A stretch of 64,000 bases of DNA from Eledone cirrhosa (GCA_964016885.1 OZ024741.1:72354001-72418000); one strand, 5' to 3'. Shown: positions 38,898-53,791, counted from the first letter of the stretch. Numbers and translations: made by a program. The notes: a model not told the origin generated them from the sequence alone.

Positions 38898-39034
38898 ACA
38901 ATTTTTCACTGGAATTTGGACATCAATTTGGTAATTGTGTATGTATGACTGCTTGTATGGGGGTGCAGGTATGGATACCATTGCATGTGTGGATATGTTT
39001 GTATACCTATACATGTGTATGTATGTATGTATGT

Positions 39035-39495
39035 CGTGTCACTCTTAAGTGCTACTGGTAACATGTAACCCAGTACAACCTGTCGCACGGTCGGGTCGTC
39101 GGCGACTAAACCGGCAACCCCACCAAGTTTACTTGGTGAGGAGGGTGATTTTGGACACCCTGCAGGACAAAAAACAAAACCTAACAAACGGCGGAAGAAC
39201 TCGTAAGAGTCAATGACCATCCGAAAGTGTGTAAATATTTATATACACATGTACTGCGTGGTTAAACCACTGGGAGTGAAGGACCCCTAGCCTTTGTCAG
39301 GGCATTCTTCTAGAAGGCAATTCAGGAAACTGGGATAACTCCGATATAAAACCTTTCGGCTCAGTAGTTACCGATGATGTTGATCTTTTCTTCTTTTCGG
39401 GTTATAGCTACTGTCGCTCAAAGAGTGGGATTGGCTCAGTGCGCAGTCTTTCCTCACTTTACAAAATATCTTCACGCACAGGCATTGCACGATAG
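39035..39495 (+). mobile_element. Diverged relative of the RTE-derived bipartite element (5' part)
   Basis: gctactggtaacatgtaacccagtacaacctgtc...ggcgactaaac.ggcaaccccaccaag shared with 43857-44452; preceded by (TATG)n. Confidence 0.65.
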
Positions 39496-40157
39496 AATGA
39501 ATTAATTGTTACTACTTTTGGCACAAGGCCAGCAATTACACAGTACATTGCTGGTACTTTATTTTATCGACCCTGTAAGGATGAAAGGCAAAGTTAACCT
39601 CTAATTAATAATTATTAATAATGGTATATCGTGCAATGGCCATACTCGATAACGAGGAGGTAGCCATCATATCATGTAGGTATGTGTGTTTGTATGTTCT
39701 TCTGGTTTTATAATTTCACGAAGTTTTACCAATAGAGAGAGAGTTGGGTTCTAACATAGACACAAGACTCTCTCATTGGAATTTACACAACATCAACGAG
39801 GTAGAAATGTATGTATGCATGCATGTGTAGATATGGATGTTATTGTATGTTTTGAGTTGTATGTGTGCATGTGTATATGCTTTGTATCTGTACATGTGTA
39901 TATGCAGTTTTTAGATGCAAGTATGTATGTTCTTCTGGTTTTATAATTTCACAAACTTTTACCAATAGAAAGAGAGTCGGTTTCTAACATAGACACAAGA
40001 CTCTCTCATTGGAATTTACACAACATCAACTAGGTAGATATGTATGTATGCATGCATGTGTAGATATGGATGTTATTGTATGTGTGGATGTGGATGTTTT
40101 GAGTTGTATGTGTGCATGTGTATATGCTTTGTATCTGTACATGTGTATATGCAGTTA

Positions 40158-43100
40158 TTAGATGCAAAACTTTTGGAATGTTTTACATATTTTTACTGTT
40201 CCATTAATGGATTGTACTTGTAGTTTCCTAACTAGTTGTGTTCTTTCTGTTCTTGTGAAGCCTAGCTTCTCAAGATTTGTATTGAAGCAGTTACTAACAT
40301 ACCCCAGTGCCCCAATAATCACAGGCATAAATCTGAAGGTGTAATCAGGGTGGAGTATCTGCAGATTTCTCATCAGTTCTGCATAAATATTCTCCTTTTC
40401 ACTAATCTTTGATATTATATTGGCATCTGCTGGGCAGCTAATTTCCACTACTGTGCATGTTTTCTTCTCCCTGTCCCATATCATATCTGGTCTGTTATTC
40501 CTGCATTTTATTGGGGTTTTTACTGGAACATTCCACCAGTACTCTTTCCTATTATGTACATGGATGTCTTCCACATTGTTGTAGCTTTTAATGTGTTTAT
40601 TATCGGGGCTATCTTTTTTACGAACTGCATTGTACAGTGTTTTTGCCACTACATCATGCCTCATAGGTAGATAGTACCGCGATGACATCTTTGGACAGCT
40701 GCTGATGACATGGGTGATATCGTCGATGTTAGTTCTGCAGAGTCTGCACTTGTTATCACATCCAGGTGTTTTGCCTGCATCCCTATCTCTTTTGAATCAG
40801 GTATTTCGTGCTAATCTCCTGTTCTTGGATTGCAAAAGCGTATCCTTCAAAGTGGGAGCCAATATAGCGGTTGTTGGTCCAAGATAGACTACTTTCCTTA
40901 TCTATATTACTCTCACTCTGGAGCTTCCTGGCAACATATCCATGCATGATTTTTTGCTGATAGGCATGCAGTTTTTCATCCATGGATTCACTGCGATACT
41001 ACTGAGCGACATCCCTGGGTGTGAGTTTTTGATTATCACACAGGGAATATCTCTCAAGGAGTTCCTTCCCAACTCTCATGATCTTATCTGTTTCATGCAG
41101 ATAGACTTGCTCGAGAAGCGGGCTCCTACGCTTCGAGGTTCGTAGATGTTGTCGGAGAGATATGATGCGACATTCAAATGTTGTCTGGACTGAAGTTAGG
41201 CCTCTGCCTCCCTGCTTACGTTTCAAGTAAAGGCGGTCTATGTCACTGTTGATGTGGAAGTTTCCGGTGTTGTTCAGTATTTTTCGAGTTCTAACATCAA
41301 CTGCTCGGATTTCGTCTATCGTCTAATTGAGTATTCCAAACGTTGGTGTTAGGACAGGCACAGCAAACACATTGTGAGTCACTGTTTTGTTTTGCGCAGA
41401 GAGTTCCGATGACCAGATCTTTCTTAATCGAGTGTAGTATTCCCTGGTTACGCGTTCTTTATTACAGATACCATTATAGGATATGTTCTCATCTATCCCC
41501 AGGTATCTGTAGCAGTCCTCATCAGATATCGCTGAAACAGTTAGACCATTGATGACAATGTTGCTAGATTGGGTTGTTGTTTTTCCCCGCTTTACAGTCA
41601 TGTATGAGCATTTATCTTGGCCAAACTCCATTCCTATATCCTTTGAGAACGTCGTAACCAGGTCAAGATTTTTCTTCATCCCATCCATGTTCTTGGCATA
41701 GAGTTTCAGATCGTCCACAAAGAAGTTATGGGTTAGGTTCGTATTTCTGTCATCCTGTGAGCCAATGATGTATCCCTCACATTTCTTGAGCAGAAAGGAC
41801 AAGGGGTTTAATGACAAGATGAACAATATCACAGAGAGACTGTCCCCTTGAAATATACCCCTGCAATATTTTATTTTATCAGTGAAAATAGAGTCCTCCC
41901 TCTCTGTCTTTAACCTTAGGATAGTAGCCCAAGAAGAAGACAGCTTCTCTATGGCTCTGACAATAATGTCTGGGACTTTAGCAAATTGGAGGGCCTCTAT
42001 CATCCAAGAGTGGGGAACAGAATCGAAAGATTTCCCGTAGTCCAGCCAGACAGTAACCATATTACTCCTCAGTTGTCGCACCTCCGACATCGTAGTTTTG
42101 TTGATTAGGAGTTGTTCAGCACATCCCCAAACCGCTTTCTTTCCAGCTGCTTGTTCATCTGTGATGATGTTATTATTTTCACAGTGATCTTGGAGGAATA
42201 TGTTCAGACAGGCTGTATACATCTTATACATCAGGTTCTGGCATGCAATGGGTCGGTAGTTTTTGCCAGGTGAGTGTCTTTGTTCTTGGGGACCAGTAAT
42301 GTTTGTGCTAATGTCAACCATTCTGGTATAAGTGTATCCCCTTAAGAACTTGTTGGTAGAGGTCAGTAAGATACCTCCGATAGAATATCAGTTTTTTTGT
42401 ACCAGTAGCCGACAATCATGTCTCTTCATGGAGTTTTCCTATCACAGTCTCAAGGGTAACCTCACTTATTTCTTTCGTATGTTTTTTGTTGTAGTGTAGG
42501 AGCAATAATTCTTTTGGATTTCTTTTAGCCACACTGCATCTTGGTTGAAATTCTTCTTTTCACCCCACATTTTTCTCCAAAAGGAATCTATGTCTTTCTG
42601 GGATGGGGCCTCAGTGACACTTATTATTTTGCCCTTCATATCTCTATAGACTAATGTTTGGTTTCGTCTGAATCTTTTATTAAGCATTTTTCTCTCATCT
42701 ACCTTCTTCATGTATCGGCGTTTTTCGCTAACAGCTCTCAATTCTTGTTTGAGGGGGATCAGCTTATATTGGAGAGTTCTGGCTCTACTGTTACCAAACA
42801 TCGTCTCTATTTTATTTTTCACTCTTTGTTGGTGAGGAGTGAGGTTTTTTTGTGTTTGTTTGCATGTAAGGAGCATTGTCACATGTCCTATGTTTTTTCG
42901 TAGGTCAGCACTCTTTTTTTCTATTTTAGTTATATATGATGGTATTTTTGGTGGTGTTTTGTTCTTGTTAATATCTCTGCAATCACCAAGATAATGCTTC
43001 ACTGTCATTGCTAAGGCATATAAACAGGCGTTGATTTGCCAAAATGTTGGGGTTTTTATCCGTCGTAAATATTCATCCCCTACTTCGTCAATAACACGTA

Positions 43101-43709
43101 ATATTTCATTATTTGGTTTTTAAAGTACCAGTAATACACTGGGTAATTGCTGGCCTTGTGCCAAAAGTAGAAACAATTATTTGGTTTTTTATTCACCATT
43201 GTCATTTTAACACGTTCAGCCAGAGACATATTTATACATGAGTTAATTTCTCTCTGGAAGATTTCGTTGGGGGAAATTTTCAATTGTTTATACTTTTGAA
43301 TATAATTATCGATAGTCGAGGTAGACTCGGATGGTATACGTGGTGTCACATTTATTCGATTATTATTATTATTTCTTCGATTATTATTATTATCGATAGT
43401 GTTTTCCCCAGTGTTTTTACGTTCAACAAACGTCGCTTGTTGGCGTAATTGTTTCGCTGTGAAATAATTTAGCTCTGGGTGCATTTCGTCCCAGTGTAGC
43501 TTCATTCTATTCATATAGCCAATGGAGAGATTGTTTTTTGCCATTTTATAACAATTAAATAAATCATTATTAAGTTCGCAACTCCAAGAGAAATGCAATT
43601 TATAATTTCGGTTTCTTCTGTAGCTACAACTGAATAAAGTTTGATTACCTTCTTCGTCATTTGTCTTCGATACTTCCTTAATTTTTTTGTTGATATTGTG
43701 TTCAGCCAT
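40158..43709 (-). pseudogene. RT-RLE polyprotein remnant
   Basis: ORF pieces 43080-43709, 42466-43008, 41323-42321, 40999-41226, 40783-40983 and 40158-40688, separated by stops, frameshifts and a deletion. Confidence 0.88.
43122..43175 (+). mobile_element. 5'-truncated SINE inserted in the R4-like ORF
   Basis: aaagtaccagt...aattgctggccttgtgccaaaagtagaaac flanked by the 14-bp direct repeat attatttggttttt (43108-43121, 43176-43189). Confidence 0.7.
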
Positions 43710-43856
43710 GCTGTTTGTAGCAAATCCTTGTAAAATTAATTATGTATTTAGTCGGATATCTCTACGAATTCGAATAAAAGGTGTCTTCAGAAGGGATAGT
43801 TAGAAGAATAACCAGTTATTCAACTATGTATGTACGTATGTATGTATACATGTTAC

Positions 43857-44520
43857 CATGAGACAGGTTGTACTGGTAACATGTATCCCAGTACAACCTG
43901 TCTCATGGTCGAGTCGTTGGCGACTAAACTGGCAACCCCACCAAGGTTTCTTGGTGAGGAGGGTGACCATGGACATCCTGCAGGACTAAAAACAAAACCT
44001 GTCAAAGGGCAGAGGAGCTCTTAAGAGTCAATGGCCATCCAAAATCACCGGGAGAGATGACCCCTTAGCCTTTGTCAAGGCAGAATTCTAGGAGAAGGAA
44101 AACTCTGATATAACACCTGCAACCCTGATGGTATCCAATGATGTTGACTTGTTCTTCTTTTTGGTAAATATCATCTTGGTTAAGAGAGTGGGACTGGCTT
44201 TGTGCAGTGCTTTGCTCACTATAAAAGCTTCACGGCACAGGCATTGCTTTGTATCTGGAGATCTCTCTGCACTTGTCGTCACATGGTACCATGTACACTA
44301 TGTGTCAATAATTGTCACAAGTGTAGTGTTTGTACCAGAGTTTTCAAGTCGCTGGCTGGACTAAAAAGTCACACTCGTTCAGTGCATCGATAGGGGTTCT
44401 CCTACATGGATATAAAGTAGTGGCCGTACTTGAAAACGTGTTGGCAGCCACCATGTATGTATGTATGTATGTATGTATGTATGTATGTATGTATGTATGT
44501 ATGTATGTATGTATGTATGT
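43857..44520 (+). mobile_element. RTE-derived bipartite SINE-like element with (ATGT)n tail
   Basis: Reverse complement of 27180-27790; C2H2 remnant ends at 44393; tail 44453-44520. Confidence 0.78.
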
Positions 44521-44686
44521 CCTCTGTTTTTTTAATCTCTAAGGGCAATTATCTAACTTTCTGAACTAGTATCTATTGCGATCGACTGTTATTACAGTCA
44601 TCTTCTGCTTTTGTGATTGTCCCGTTTTCAACTAGTCATACACACTTAGCTCCGCAAATTTATAAGGTGTGTGCGCGTACGTACGT

Positions 44687-44771
<85 letters not shown>

Positions 44772-45005
44772 CTCACAATGACTGCCCCCACTTAGTTTTG
44801 TCAAGAACAATTCCTTTTATTTGTTTTATTCATGTCTACAGAATCGTGAAAGGAATATACGTTCAGGCAAGTTTACTCACACAGAGATACACAAACGTGT
44901 AGACATATGAATGTGTGTGTACGTACGTACACACACACACATATATATATATGCAATTAATATGTTTACACATGCAAGTAAGTATGTATCCATTCATCCA
45001 CCTGT

Positions 45006-45043
<38 letters not shown>

Positions 45044-45744
45044 CCACACACATACATACTTACATACAAACATACATACATACGTACATACATACGTACA
45101 TACATACATGCATACATACATATATATATGTATATATGCATACATACATATACATACATACATTCAACGTATTTTGTTGTATAGCTACAAACATACTTGG
45201 ATAAATGATGACATCTATAGAAACATTCATACAACATATAGATATGTAGTTAATGCTTATAATACATACATCCATACATACATACATATAAACATACACA
45301 CATACATACATACATACATACACACATACATAAATACATACATACATATACATACAACATACATATATACTTACACACATAGGCATTAGAACAGTGTTAG
45401 ATACATAGGATTATCCAGTGACACAATCAACAATGCAAGAAATATTCCGAAAGGGCAGGAGAAAACAACAAGTACTATAACAAAACATGAAAATCCCGAA
45501 CATAAAGAAATGAAAGAAAGGAAAGATAACTCTATCTGTGTATAGATGGCGCTGCAGGGTACTTTAATCGTACTTTAGCTATATAAAAGGCATTTCCCCC
45601 TCTTGATTTCTGTGAATGTGATTTAAGAATGGTTTCCTGTATGAAGCAAACGGTTATATGTTTCGTTGGCTCTTATGACCTGCCAGAGTCTCCAACAATA
45701 AAAGCTTATTATTGGTGTTTTGATAAAAAAATAACATACAAAAG

Positions 45745-45897
45745 TTCTTCTTCTTCTTCTTCTTCTTTTTCTTCTTCTTCTTCTTCTTCTTCTTCTTCTT
45801 CTTCTTCTTCTTCTTCTTCTTCTTCTTCTTCTTCTTCTTCTTCTTCTTCTTCTTCTTCTTCTTCTTCTTCTTCTTCTTCTTCTTCTTCTTCTTCTTC
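45745..45897. repeat. (TTC)n microsatellite
   Basis: Direct reading; similar tracts at 51348-51407 and (GAA)n at 53551-53638. Confidence 0.97.
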
Positions 45898-46049
45898 CAC
45901 ACCGAATCTACATAGGTCACAAATTGATCTATTGTCAACCAATATGGCGACCAGTGTTACGTAGCTGTTTCTCACACCGTTAAATAACAACCTACTTTGT
46001 GTGGTCACTTGATCAATGGCCAACAGCTCTAATGACAAGGCAATTAATA

Positions 46050-46255
46050 ATAATTGCTTCTACTTTTGGTACAAGGCCAGCAATTTGCAGGGAAGTGGAA
46101 AGTCTATTAAATCGATCTCAGTGCATTACTGGTACTTTATTTTATCCACCTCGTAAGGATGAAAAGCAAAGCTAACCTTGGCGGGATTTGAACTCAGAGT
46201 GTAAAGTGCCTTAACTCTATGCCACAGAGCATGTTGTCCACCGCTCTATCGATAC
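46050..46255 (-). mobile_element. tRNA-derived SINE (Nin/Deu-domain-like)
   Basis: Minus strand ctgagttcaaatcccgccaagg (B box) ... ttttcatccttacgaggtggataaaataaagtaccagt ... attgctggccttgtaccaaaagtagaa. Confidence 0.7.
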
Positions 46256-46828
46256 TACTAATACACCGACACTCATCAATATCATGCCCGAACAAGACAC
46301 GTTTAGATACAGGGTGAGTCATAAATAACCGGGATGTCAATGCATTGTTATTGCAAGGTTCGAGCTTGGTTGGACACGCTTGGGAATCCAGCCGGATCAG
46401 TTGGAGACAGTTGTTTCTGATAGGACCCGCTGTAGGGAGTGTTTGAGGACTCTGTCCCCACGACTCTCTCAGCAATAAGTGGGCGAAGAAAAGAAGAAGA
46501 GAAGAAGAAAGAAGATTCGCAGATAACGTTTAAAATATCCACTTTTTGTGTGGGATCAGCCATGGTTTTATTTTGTTAATCAATTTAGTTTGATGTATTT
46601 ATAATTTCGCAATGTATGACCAGAATTTTAGTAAATATTGTTATTTGGAATATAAATGTTGGACTGTCCTGTTACTTAAGATTCACACTGTATCTAGAAC
46701 ACATTTGGGAAACCAAATAACCACAACTCAAATGCGGCAGTTCACTTTCATTCATATTAAAAAAAACCCACTGATGGAGTATCAGAATCTACACCGCCAT
46801 ATATGAACATACAGACACACACAGACAC

Positions 46829-46934
<106 letters not shown>

Positions 46935-47291
46935 AATAAGGGCGCTGCGGAGTTGCAAATGGGTTACATATGAAAAAAGTTTGTCCTTCATCAGTGATCT
47001 TCCAACTATCATAGGCATTTCATCGCTTTAAAGACCATATACCTCCGGTTGGTGCGAGCAACGGCTAAAAAAAGTCGTTGGGACACGTAAATAAAGGGGA
47101 CGCGAGGGCAAACAAACAAAATGGTGAAGCAACAGAAAGTGAGGAAGAAGGAGACAAGTCCCAGATTTCTATGAATTTAAGTTCGGTGAAATCGTGAACG
47201 AGAATTCATACATACATAAATGCATACATAAAAACATACATATAGACACATACATGTAGACATTCACACACCACCTATTTATATGTTTATG

Positions 47292-47338
<47 letters not shown>

Positions 47339-47414
47339 CTACAAGTCATTCTTTTCCTTTTTTCAAATATACCTAACTCTACCAAGGATTTCACACATTT
47401 TCCAATATATACAC

Positions 47415-47740
<326 letters not shown>

Positions 47741-47887
47741 TCACTACTTGCTTTAATTGCTCGAACCTCTTCTACCGTCGTCTGCTTCCTTCAAACGTCA
47801 CAAGCGAACATATATATATATGTGGCATCATATTTCAATAAATCCCATTTATTTTCTGTATGACATTTTATTAGAAGAATGTATTAA

Positions 47888-47963
<76 letters not shown>

Positions 47964-47970
47964 TCAGATG

Positions 47971-48002
<32 letters not shown>

Positions 48003-48279
48003 CACATACATATGTATATTATATTACATATTCATATATATATATAATTGATATATATATATAATTGTACACATACACACATACGCATATATATATATAT
48101 AGGTTTGTGTGTATGTGTGTCATATAGATATAGATATAGGTATATGAAATTAAAGCCAATGTTGAGGTTGCGAACTTATAGAATTCTACGAGCTTTTACT
48201 GATAGTAGGGATTCAATTACTGTTAGTAGAATCGACTGGGACTCCGAATTTCGCCTTCAGTGGCTAATTCATCATTTGT

Positions 48280-48427
<148 letters not shown>

Positions 48428-48479
48428 TATACAAATGCGCGCGCGCGAGTGTGTGCGAGTGTACGTTTACGTATGTATG

Positions 48480-48555
<76 letters not shown>

Positions 48556-48770
48556 TATATATATATATATATACACATATATACTTCCATAAAACATATA
48601 TGTATATGTGTGTGCGTATGTATGCGTGTTATATGAGTTTTACAATGATCGGTAAGAATTTTGTGCTTACAATATAGTCTTGTTTTCATAAGAGTTCAAC
48701 AGAACTTACACAGCCCTCACCCTGGCATTCACAGACACACGCAATTGCGAGTGTGTATACGCACATCTAT

Positions 48771-48822
<52 letters not shown>

Positions 48823-49979
48823 TATATATATATATATACACTATACGTACGGTATCCCTCTTGTCTCTCTCTCAATCTTAGTACAATATGGCTTTTCAGC
48901 CTGCTGACGCCCGAATGAAAAATTATTTGACGTGCTGTCACTATTCTAGAGGTATTATAACAAGTGTGTCTCTAGTGATATAGCTGTATATGATTGAATA
49001 TCAAACCTTTGCTATTGAATTATAGAACCTACCATAGTTTTTTCTTCGTATTCTATTGTTATAGGATATCATATCATCCCGACAAATCAGTTCAAGTTGT
49101 GATAATGATGGTGGCGGTGGCATTGCTATTATTATCTTTCTGCAGATTGACAGAATCTTTAGGGCACCGGATGGAATATCTTGTGGTATTTAGTTACGGC
49201 CCTCACGTTCTGTGTTCAGATCGCGTCGAGCTCAAATCTCACCGTGGTGAACTGTCTTTCAAAAGGGTAGTCGAATAGGATGCTCTGTGGTATTTGTTCT
49301 GGTGCCTTTCGTTCTGATATAACATTTCACCGTGGCCTATTTAAATGGTTGACTTAATCAGTCACCAAACTTAAAACCAGCCCCTGGCCTTTGGGAGACT
49401 TCAGCGAAGTCCTCTCCGTTGTAAGCATTATGATCATGACTCCGGTTTGAAGCTGCCTTCCTCTCTTCCCCCTATCTGTCTCAGTGACCCTTAAAAGAAT
49501 CACGCGCCCCAATCTTCCGTCTATGACTAAGTGATAAAAACAGAGATGAAATTGAAAAAAAAAATCAGTCAATTTAGTGGAAAAAATGCTAGAAGAATAA
49601 GTGCTTTAAAATGGCAAAATAGAAAAAGAAAATTGGCGTCATTGATTAGTATTTTCTATCTTGATTGGGAAATATATTGATCTTTAAAATTAACAGCTTC
49701 ATCAGCTTCATCAGTTGAAATTTAAAAAAGAATAAAAGAACCGAAAAGAAAAACCAACTGAAAATATTACCAAAAATCAAAGATAAAAACCCGCAAAGAA
49801 TCGAAGACTGCATCAATCCAGATATGTTTTTGTTTGTTCATTATCCTACTTAGAGGGCGTTATCAAATTAATTAATGTTTAATGAGAGCAACGCCAAATT
49901 AATTGGTGTCACCCTATGTTGGAAATTAGACACAACTTTATTATAGTTAAGATTAGTACTACTATTATTAGAAATCATT

Positions 49980-51015
49980 AGGGCGGGAAATTGGCAGTAT
50001 TAGTAGAGCGTCGGACAGGTTACAGTCCTTTGCATTCTGAGTTCAAATCCCAGGAGGTTACCTTTACTTTTTATGCTTACAGGGTAGATAAAATTAAGAA
50101 CCAGTAACGCACTAGGATAGGTTTAATTAATTTTTCCCTTAAACCTATCCTCGTGCGTTACTAGTTCTTAATTTCCCACCTTCTCTTCAAATTGCTGGGC
50201 TTGTGCTAAAAGTACAAATAGTTAAGGGCGGTGGATCGGGAGAGCGTCGGACAACATACTTCGCAGCATATAGTTACAACCCTTTACGTTCTGAGTTCAA
50301 ATCCCGCCGAGGTTAGGTTTGCATCTCGTTAAAATAAATCACCAGTAACGCTCTGGTGTCGATTAATTCGACTTTCCCCTCCTCTAAAATAAACACAGCT
50401 CCGGAATTTATTGCACTTATGCCATTTCTACTATTCAGATGCAATTTGAGTATTCTTACTTTCCTTATGTATTCAGATCTTATCATCTCCTTCATTTTAT
50501 TGTCCTTGATTTTATCTGCCTCCAAAACACCCAAATACCCATATCCTCTATCACTTCATTCGTAGGTATTTAGATTCTCGATTCCTTTTCTTTTCTTCAA
50601 TTTGCCTTTTCTCATCACTAGGACTCTACACTTATTAACTTCTTTTGGCATCCTTTCTGTTCCTCCGGCAATAGATTGTTTATGTAGAGGTAGTGGTAGA
50701 TTTCCTCAGACATAGTGCTTGTTAGCAATTTCCACATCAAGAACAGACATGTAATAAGCCTATAGTCGGTAATGTCCCTTAGCTTAGTATTTCATTATTA
50801 TAACCGTGGCAAAACCCTTGTGGTTAATAAGAGAAAGCATTATTATAACCGTAGCAGTATCGGTAGAGGGTCGGACGCCATGCTTTGCAGCAAAGAGTTA
50901 CAGTCCTTTATGGTCTGAGTTCAAATTCCGCCGAGGTTAACTTTGCCTTTCATCCTTACGGGGTCGATGAAATAAAGTACTGGGATAATTGCTGGCCAAA
51001 AGTAGAAACAGTTAT
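49980..51015 (+). mobile_element. Cluster of SINE copies (49980-50220, 50225-50390, 50855-51015) interleaved with a minus-strand R4-like RT fragment (~50395-50800)
   Basis: Repeated agagcgtcggaca...ctgagttcaaatcc blocks. Minus strand GVLEADKIKDNKMKEMIRSEYIRKVR..LNSRNGISAIN resembles the C-terminal part of this RT class. Confidence 0.65.
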
Positions 51016-51104
51016 TATAACCGTGATATATTTTGTCAATCATTGCAGTACTTCACCGGATATCAAGCAGTCATTGAACATGGCTACCAGTATCGGATGG
51101 AGAG

Positions 51105-51345
51105 ACGTTATATTCTTAATCTAATATCCTTGTACACCATCCGGGCCTGGTGATTTCCAGTTGGTTAATTTATTGGCCGGTATGTTAAGGGTTTCCACCG
51201 AGATACTCAAACCAGGTTGTTGGCGTGCTTGTTCATTAATCTTCTTTTTAACAGTCTAAACCCACTCTGCCTGACTATTATGCTCAACATACTGCTCCCA
51301 AATCCCTCTCCAAAATGTGTTGATCTGTTCAGCTTCAAGGATAGC
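51105..51345 (-). pseudogene. Non-LTR RT fragment
   Basis: Minus strand ...TNWKSPGPDGVQGY (RT domain-0-like motif). Confidence 0.55.
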
Positions 51346-51469
51346 ATTTCTTCTTCTTCTTCTTCTTCTTCTTCTTCTTCTTCTTCTTCTTCTTCTTCTT
51401 CTTCTTCCACCCCCTCCTTCGCCCCTCCCTCTACATATCATCTCCCCCGCCTCTCCACCTACTCCTCCC

Positions 51470-52712
51470 AATCTCTTTCGCCATGGCGATCAGGCACATA
51501 GAAACTGCCTGCCCTTCCCGGCTAAAGGAAGGCGGCGGGGAAATTCTCACGATGGACTCAGCTGATAGTCGATCCTACACGCGACAGCAGGTGTTTCGAC
51601 ATAAACCCACAAGTCAGCAACGCTCGGACACTGGACGAGTGCGTGCAGGTCAGTTTCGTCTCCCTGCATGCATCTCGGACAGGTCCGGCTGACGGCACTT
51701 CCATGTCTGTAGAGTTTATCCCGAACTGGCAAATCTCCCCGCTAGCACTGTCAGGCCAGGTCTTTCTGGAAGTTATCCATGAGCCCCGGCTCGAAAGTTC
51801 TCCCGTAGAGATTGGCTAGTTGATTTTCGTCGACGCCCAGAGTCTCCCCAAGGTCGAGAAAGAGGTGGAGATGCCGTAGCATGAGCGCATGTCTGAACAT
51901 CATCAGCCACGGCATGCCCAATCGTCCACGTAGCAGGTGTTGACAGCAGATGGACCGCCTGACTATCGGAGCGCGTCCTTTCCACAAAAAGCGAAAGAGC
52001 AAACACTTCAACGCAGTTAGGACAAGGCACGACGGTCAGGCGGTAGTAGATGACGAATACGATGTACGCGTTCGCTACCTCCGCTCGAACTTTCAGGGAT
52101 AGCTTCCTCTCGGCCCATTTCTGGATGAGAGAGGCCACCCTGCTCGTCACCTTGTCCCAGTTTTTTTCTGGAGGTCCGGACCTAACCAGATCCCTAGCAA
52201 TTTAACCCGTCCGTCCGTTCAGCGCCCTACGATGCTGTTGGACGGTATGGACAAGCCTCTCCAGGTGCCAAGCTGCAGGCCTACCGACTTTTCTTGGTTA
52301 ATAATTGCTCCTGTCACCGCCTCGGTGTGTTTGGCGCTCGACACCACCACGGTGACATCGTCAGCATATGCTGATACGGTTCTCCCACATCCCAGTTCGC
52401 ACAGGACGCCCCTCAACGTCTCCAGTTTGTGCTGTAATGACTCGAGAGTCAATACGTACAACAAAGACGAAAGGGGACACCCTTGGCGGACCGAGCGCAT
52501 GATGTTGAACGGTTCCGAAAGGTGAACTTTCACTCTCACCACAGAGCAGATGTTGCTGTAAGACCGACCCAAAGCCGGCTGCCCTTAGGACAGCCGCCAG
52601 ATAACGATGGTCAACCCTATCGAAAGCTTTCGACTGATCTAAATTGATCAAGGCTCCACCCGTGTCAGGTTCATTAGTGACCCTCTCCACGATGTATCGT
52701 ATGAGGTGGAAG
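51470..52712 (-). mobile_element. Degraded, internally deleted Tx1/L1 ORF2 fragment related to 33455-36879
   Basis: LDQSKAFDRVDHRYL, VRQGCPLS, SAYADDVT, WAERKLSLK, RDKLYRHG..CPRC..HALVQC. Confidence 0.88.
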
Positions 52713-53715
52713 CTTCGTTGAGATTGATTTGGTTATCACGTTACTATTCAAATATATATAGAATTTAAAGGATAATTTTAACAGTTATATGATCAACTAA
52801 GGAATTAGAGAACATACGTCTCCATACATTAATAGTTCCAGAACGTGTGGATTCTGTCAGTCGAAGTATAACATCCTATTTAAGCCTTTGGCAATTTTAA
52901 ATAGTGGATGGGAAGTGTTGAATTCTTGCAGATACGTCGATTAATAATAATTATAGAATTTCCAATAACAAACAGACTAAAATATTTATTTCCTACGCAA
53001 TAGATCTATGATAATATAAGTATCAATTAAAGTCCCTTGGAATGTTGGTACATGTGTAAGAAAAAGTGTCACGTTGGATGCGACTTCTTTGAAAATATCC
53101 GTTGAAAGGAGATTGAAAGAAGGAGGTGTCAATGGAAAGAATCAGAGCAGCAACATGGTCCCTTAGAACTAGCTGTGCTCCAATTCCCATGTTCTCCGCT
53201 GATAGCGTTTTTTTAGGTCAAAGGTATATTCATACAACCTTCGTAGAACACAGATACATTCAATGGAATCAAATTCTTGAGTCCAACAGACATATTACAC
53301 ATATACACATTCATACATACATACATACACACATACACACACATATATACACACATTCATACGTACATACATACATAAATACGTGTATACATATATAATT
53401 ACATATATACATCCATGTATATGTGGGAGGGGCGTGGGTGTGTGTATGTGTTTATGTTCTGTTTGGTCGATGAAAAAGCACAAAACAAAAATTACAAGGA
53501 AGGGGGGAGGGAGAAGAAGAAAACAAAGAAGGACAAGTAGTAGTAGTAGTAGAAGAAGAAGAAGAAGAAGAAGAAGAAGAAGAAGAAGAAGAAGAAGAAG
53601 AAGAAGAAGAAGAAGAAGAAGAAGAAGAAGAAGAAGAAGGTGTTGATGAATAGGAGGAGCTGTAACAGCATGATGATGGGATGGGAAAATGAGTAGGTGA
53701 TGGATGTGGGTAGGA

Positions 53716-53717
<2 letters not shown>

Positions 53718-53750
<33 letters not shown>

Positions 53751-53791
53751 GCAGCAGCAGCAGCAGCAGCGGTAGCAACAGCAGCAGCAGC
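53718..53791. repeat. (CAA)n(CAG)n microsatellite
   Basis: Direct reading. Confidence 0.9.

Larger units (their letters stand above)
39680..43826 (-). mobile_element. R4/Dong-like non-LTR retrotransposon (RT + RLE endonuclease), disrupted
   Basis: NYRPIAC, WLDYGKSFDSVPH, GIFQGDSLS, FFVDDLKLY; CRLC..HVISSC zinc finger, RHDVV, NRPD..VEISC..K restriction-like endonuclease; (CATA)n-type flanks. Confidence 0.88.

Noticed and set aside
43865-44115. HDV-like ribozyme in the RTE-derived 5' UTR
   Set aside because: Several hairpins are visible, but I could not assemble the P1/P1.1/P2/P3 nested pseudoknot by eye.
46228-46563. Possible exon with GG|GTGAGT donor, and minus ORF MADPTQKVD...
   Set aside because: The putative acceptor lies inside a SINE; the ORF is short with no recognisable homology.
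46975-47030. CTGATGA on the minus strand near (TA)n
   Set aside because: No matching helix II, GAAA or helix III found.
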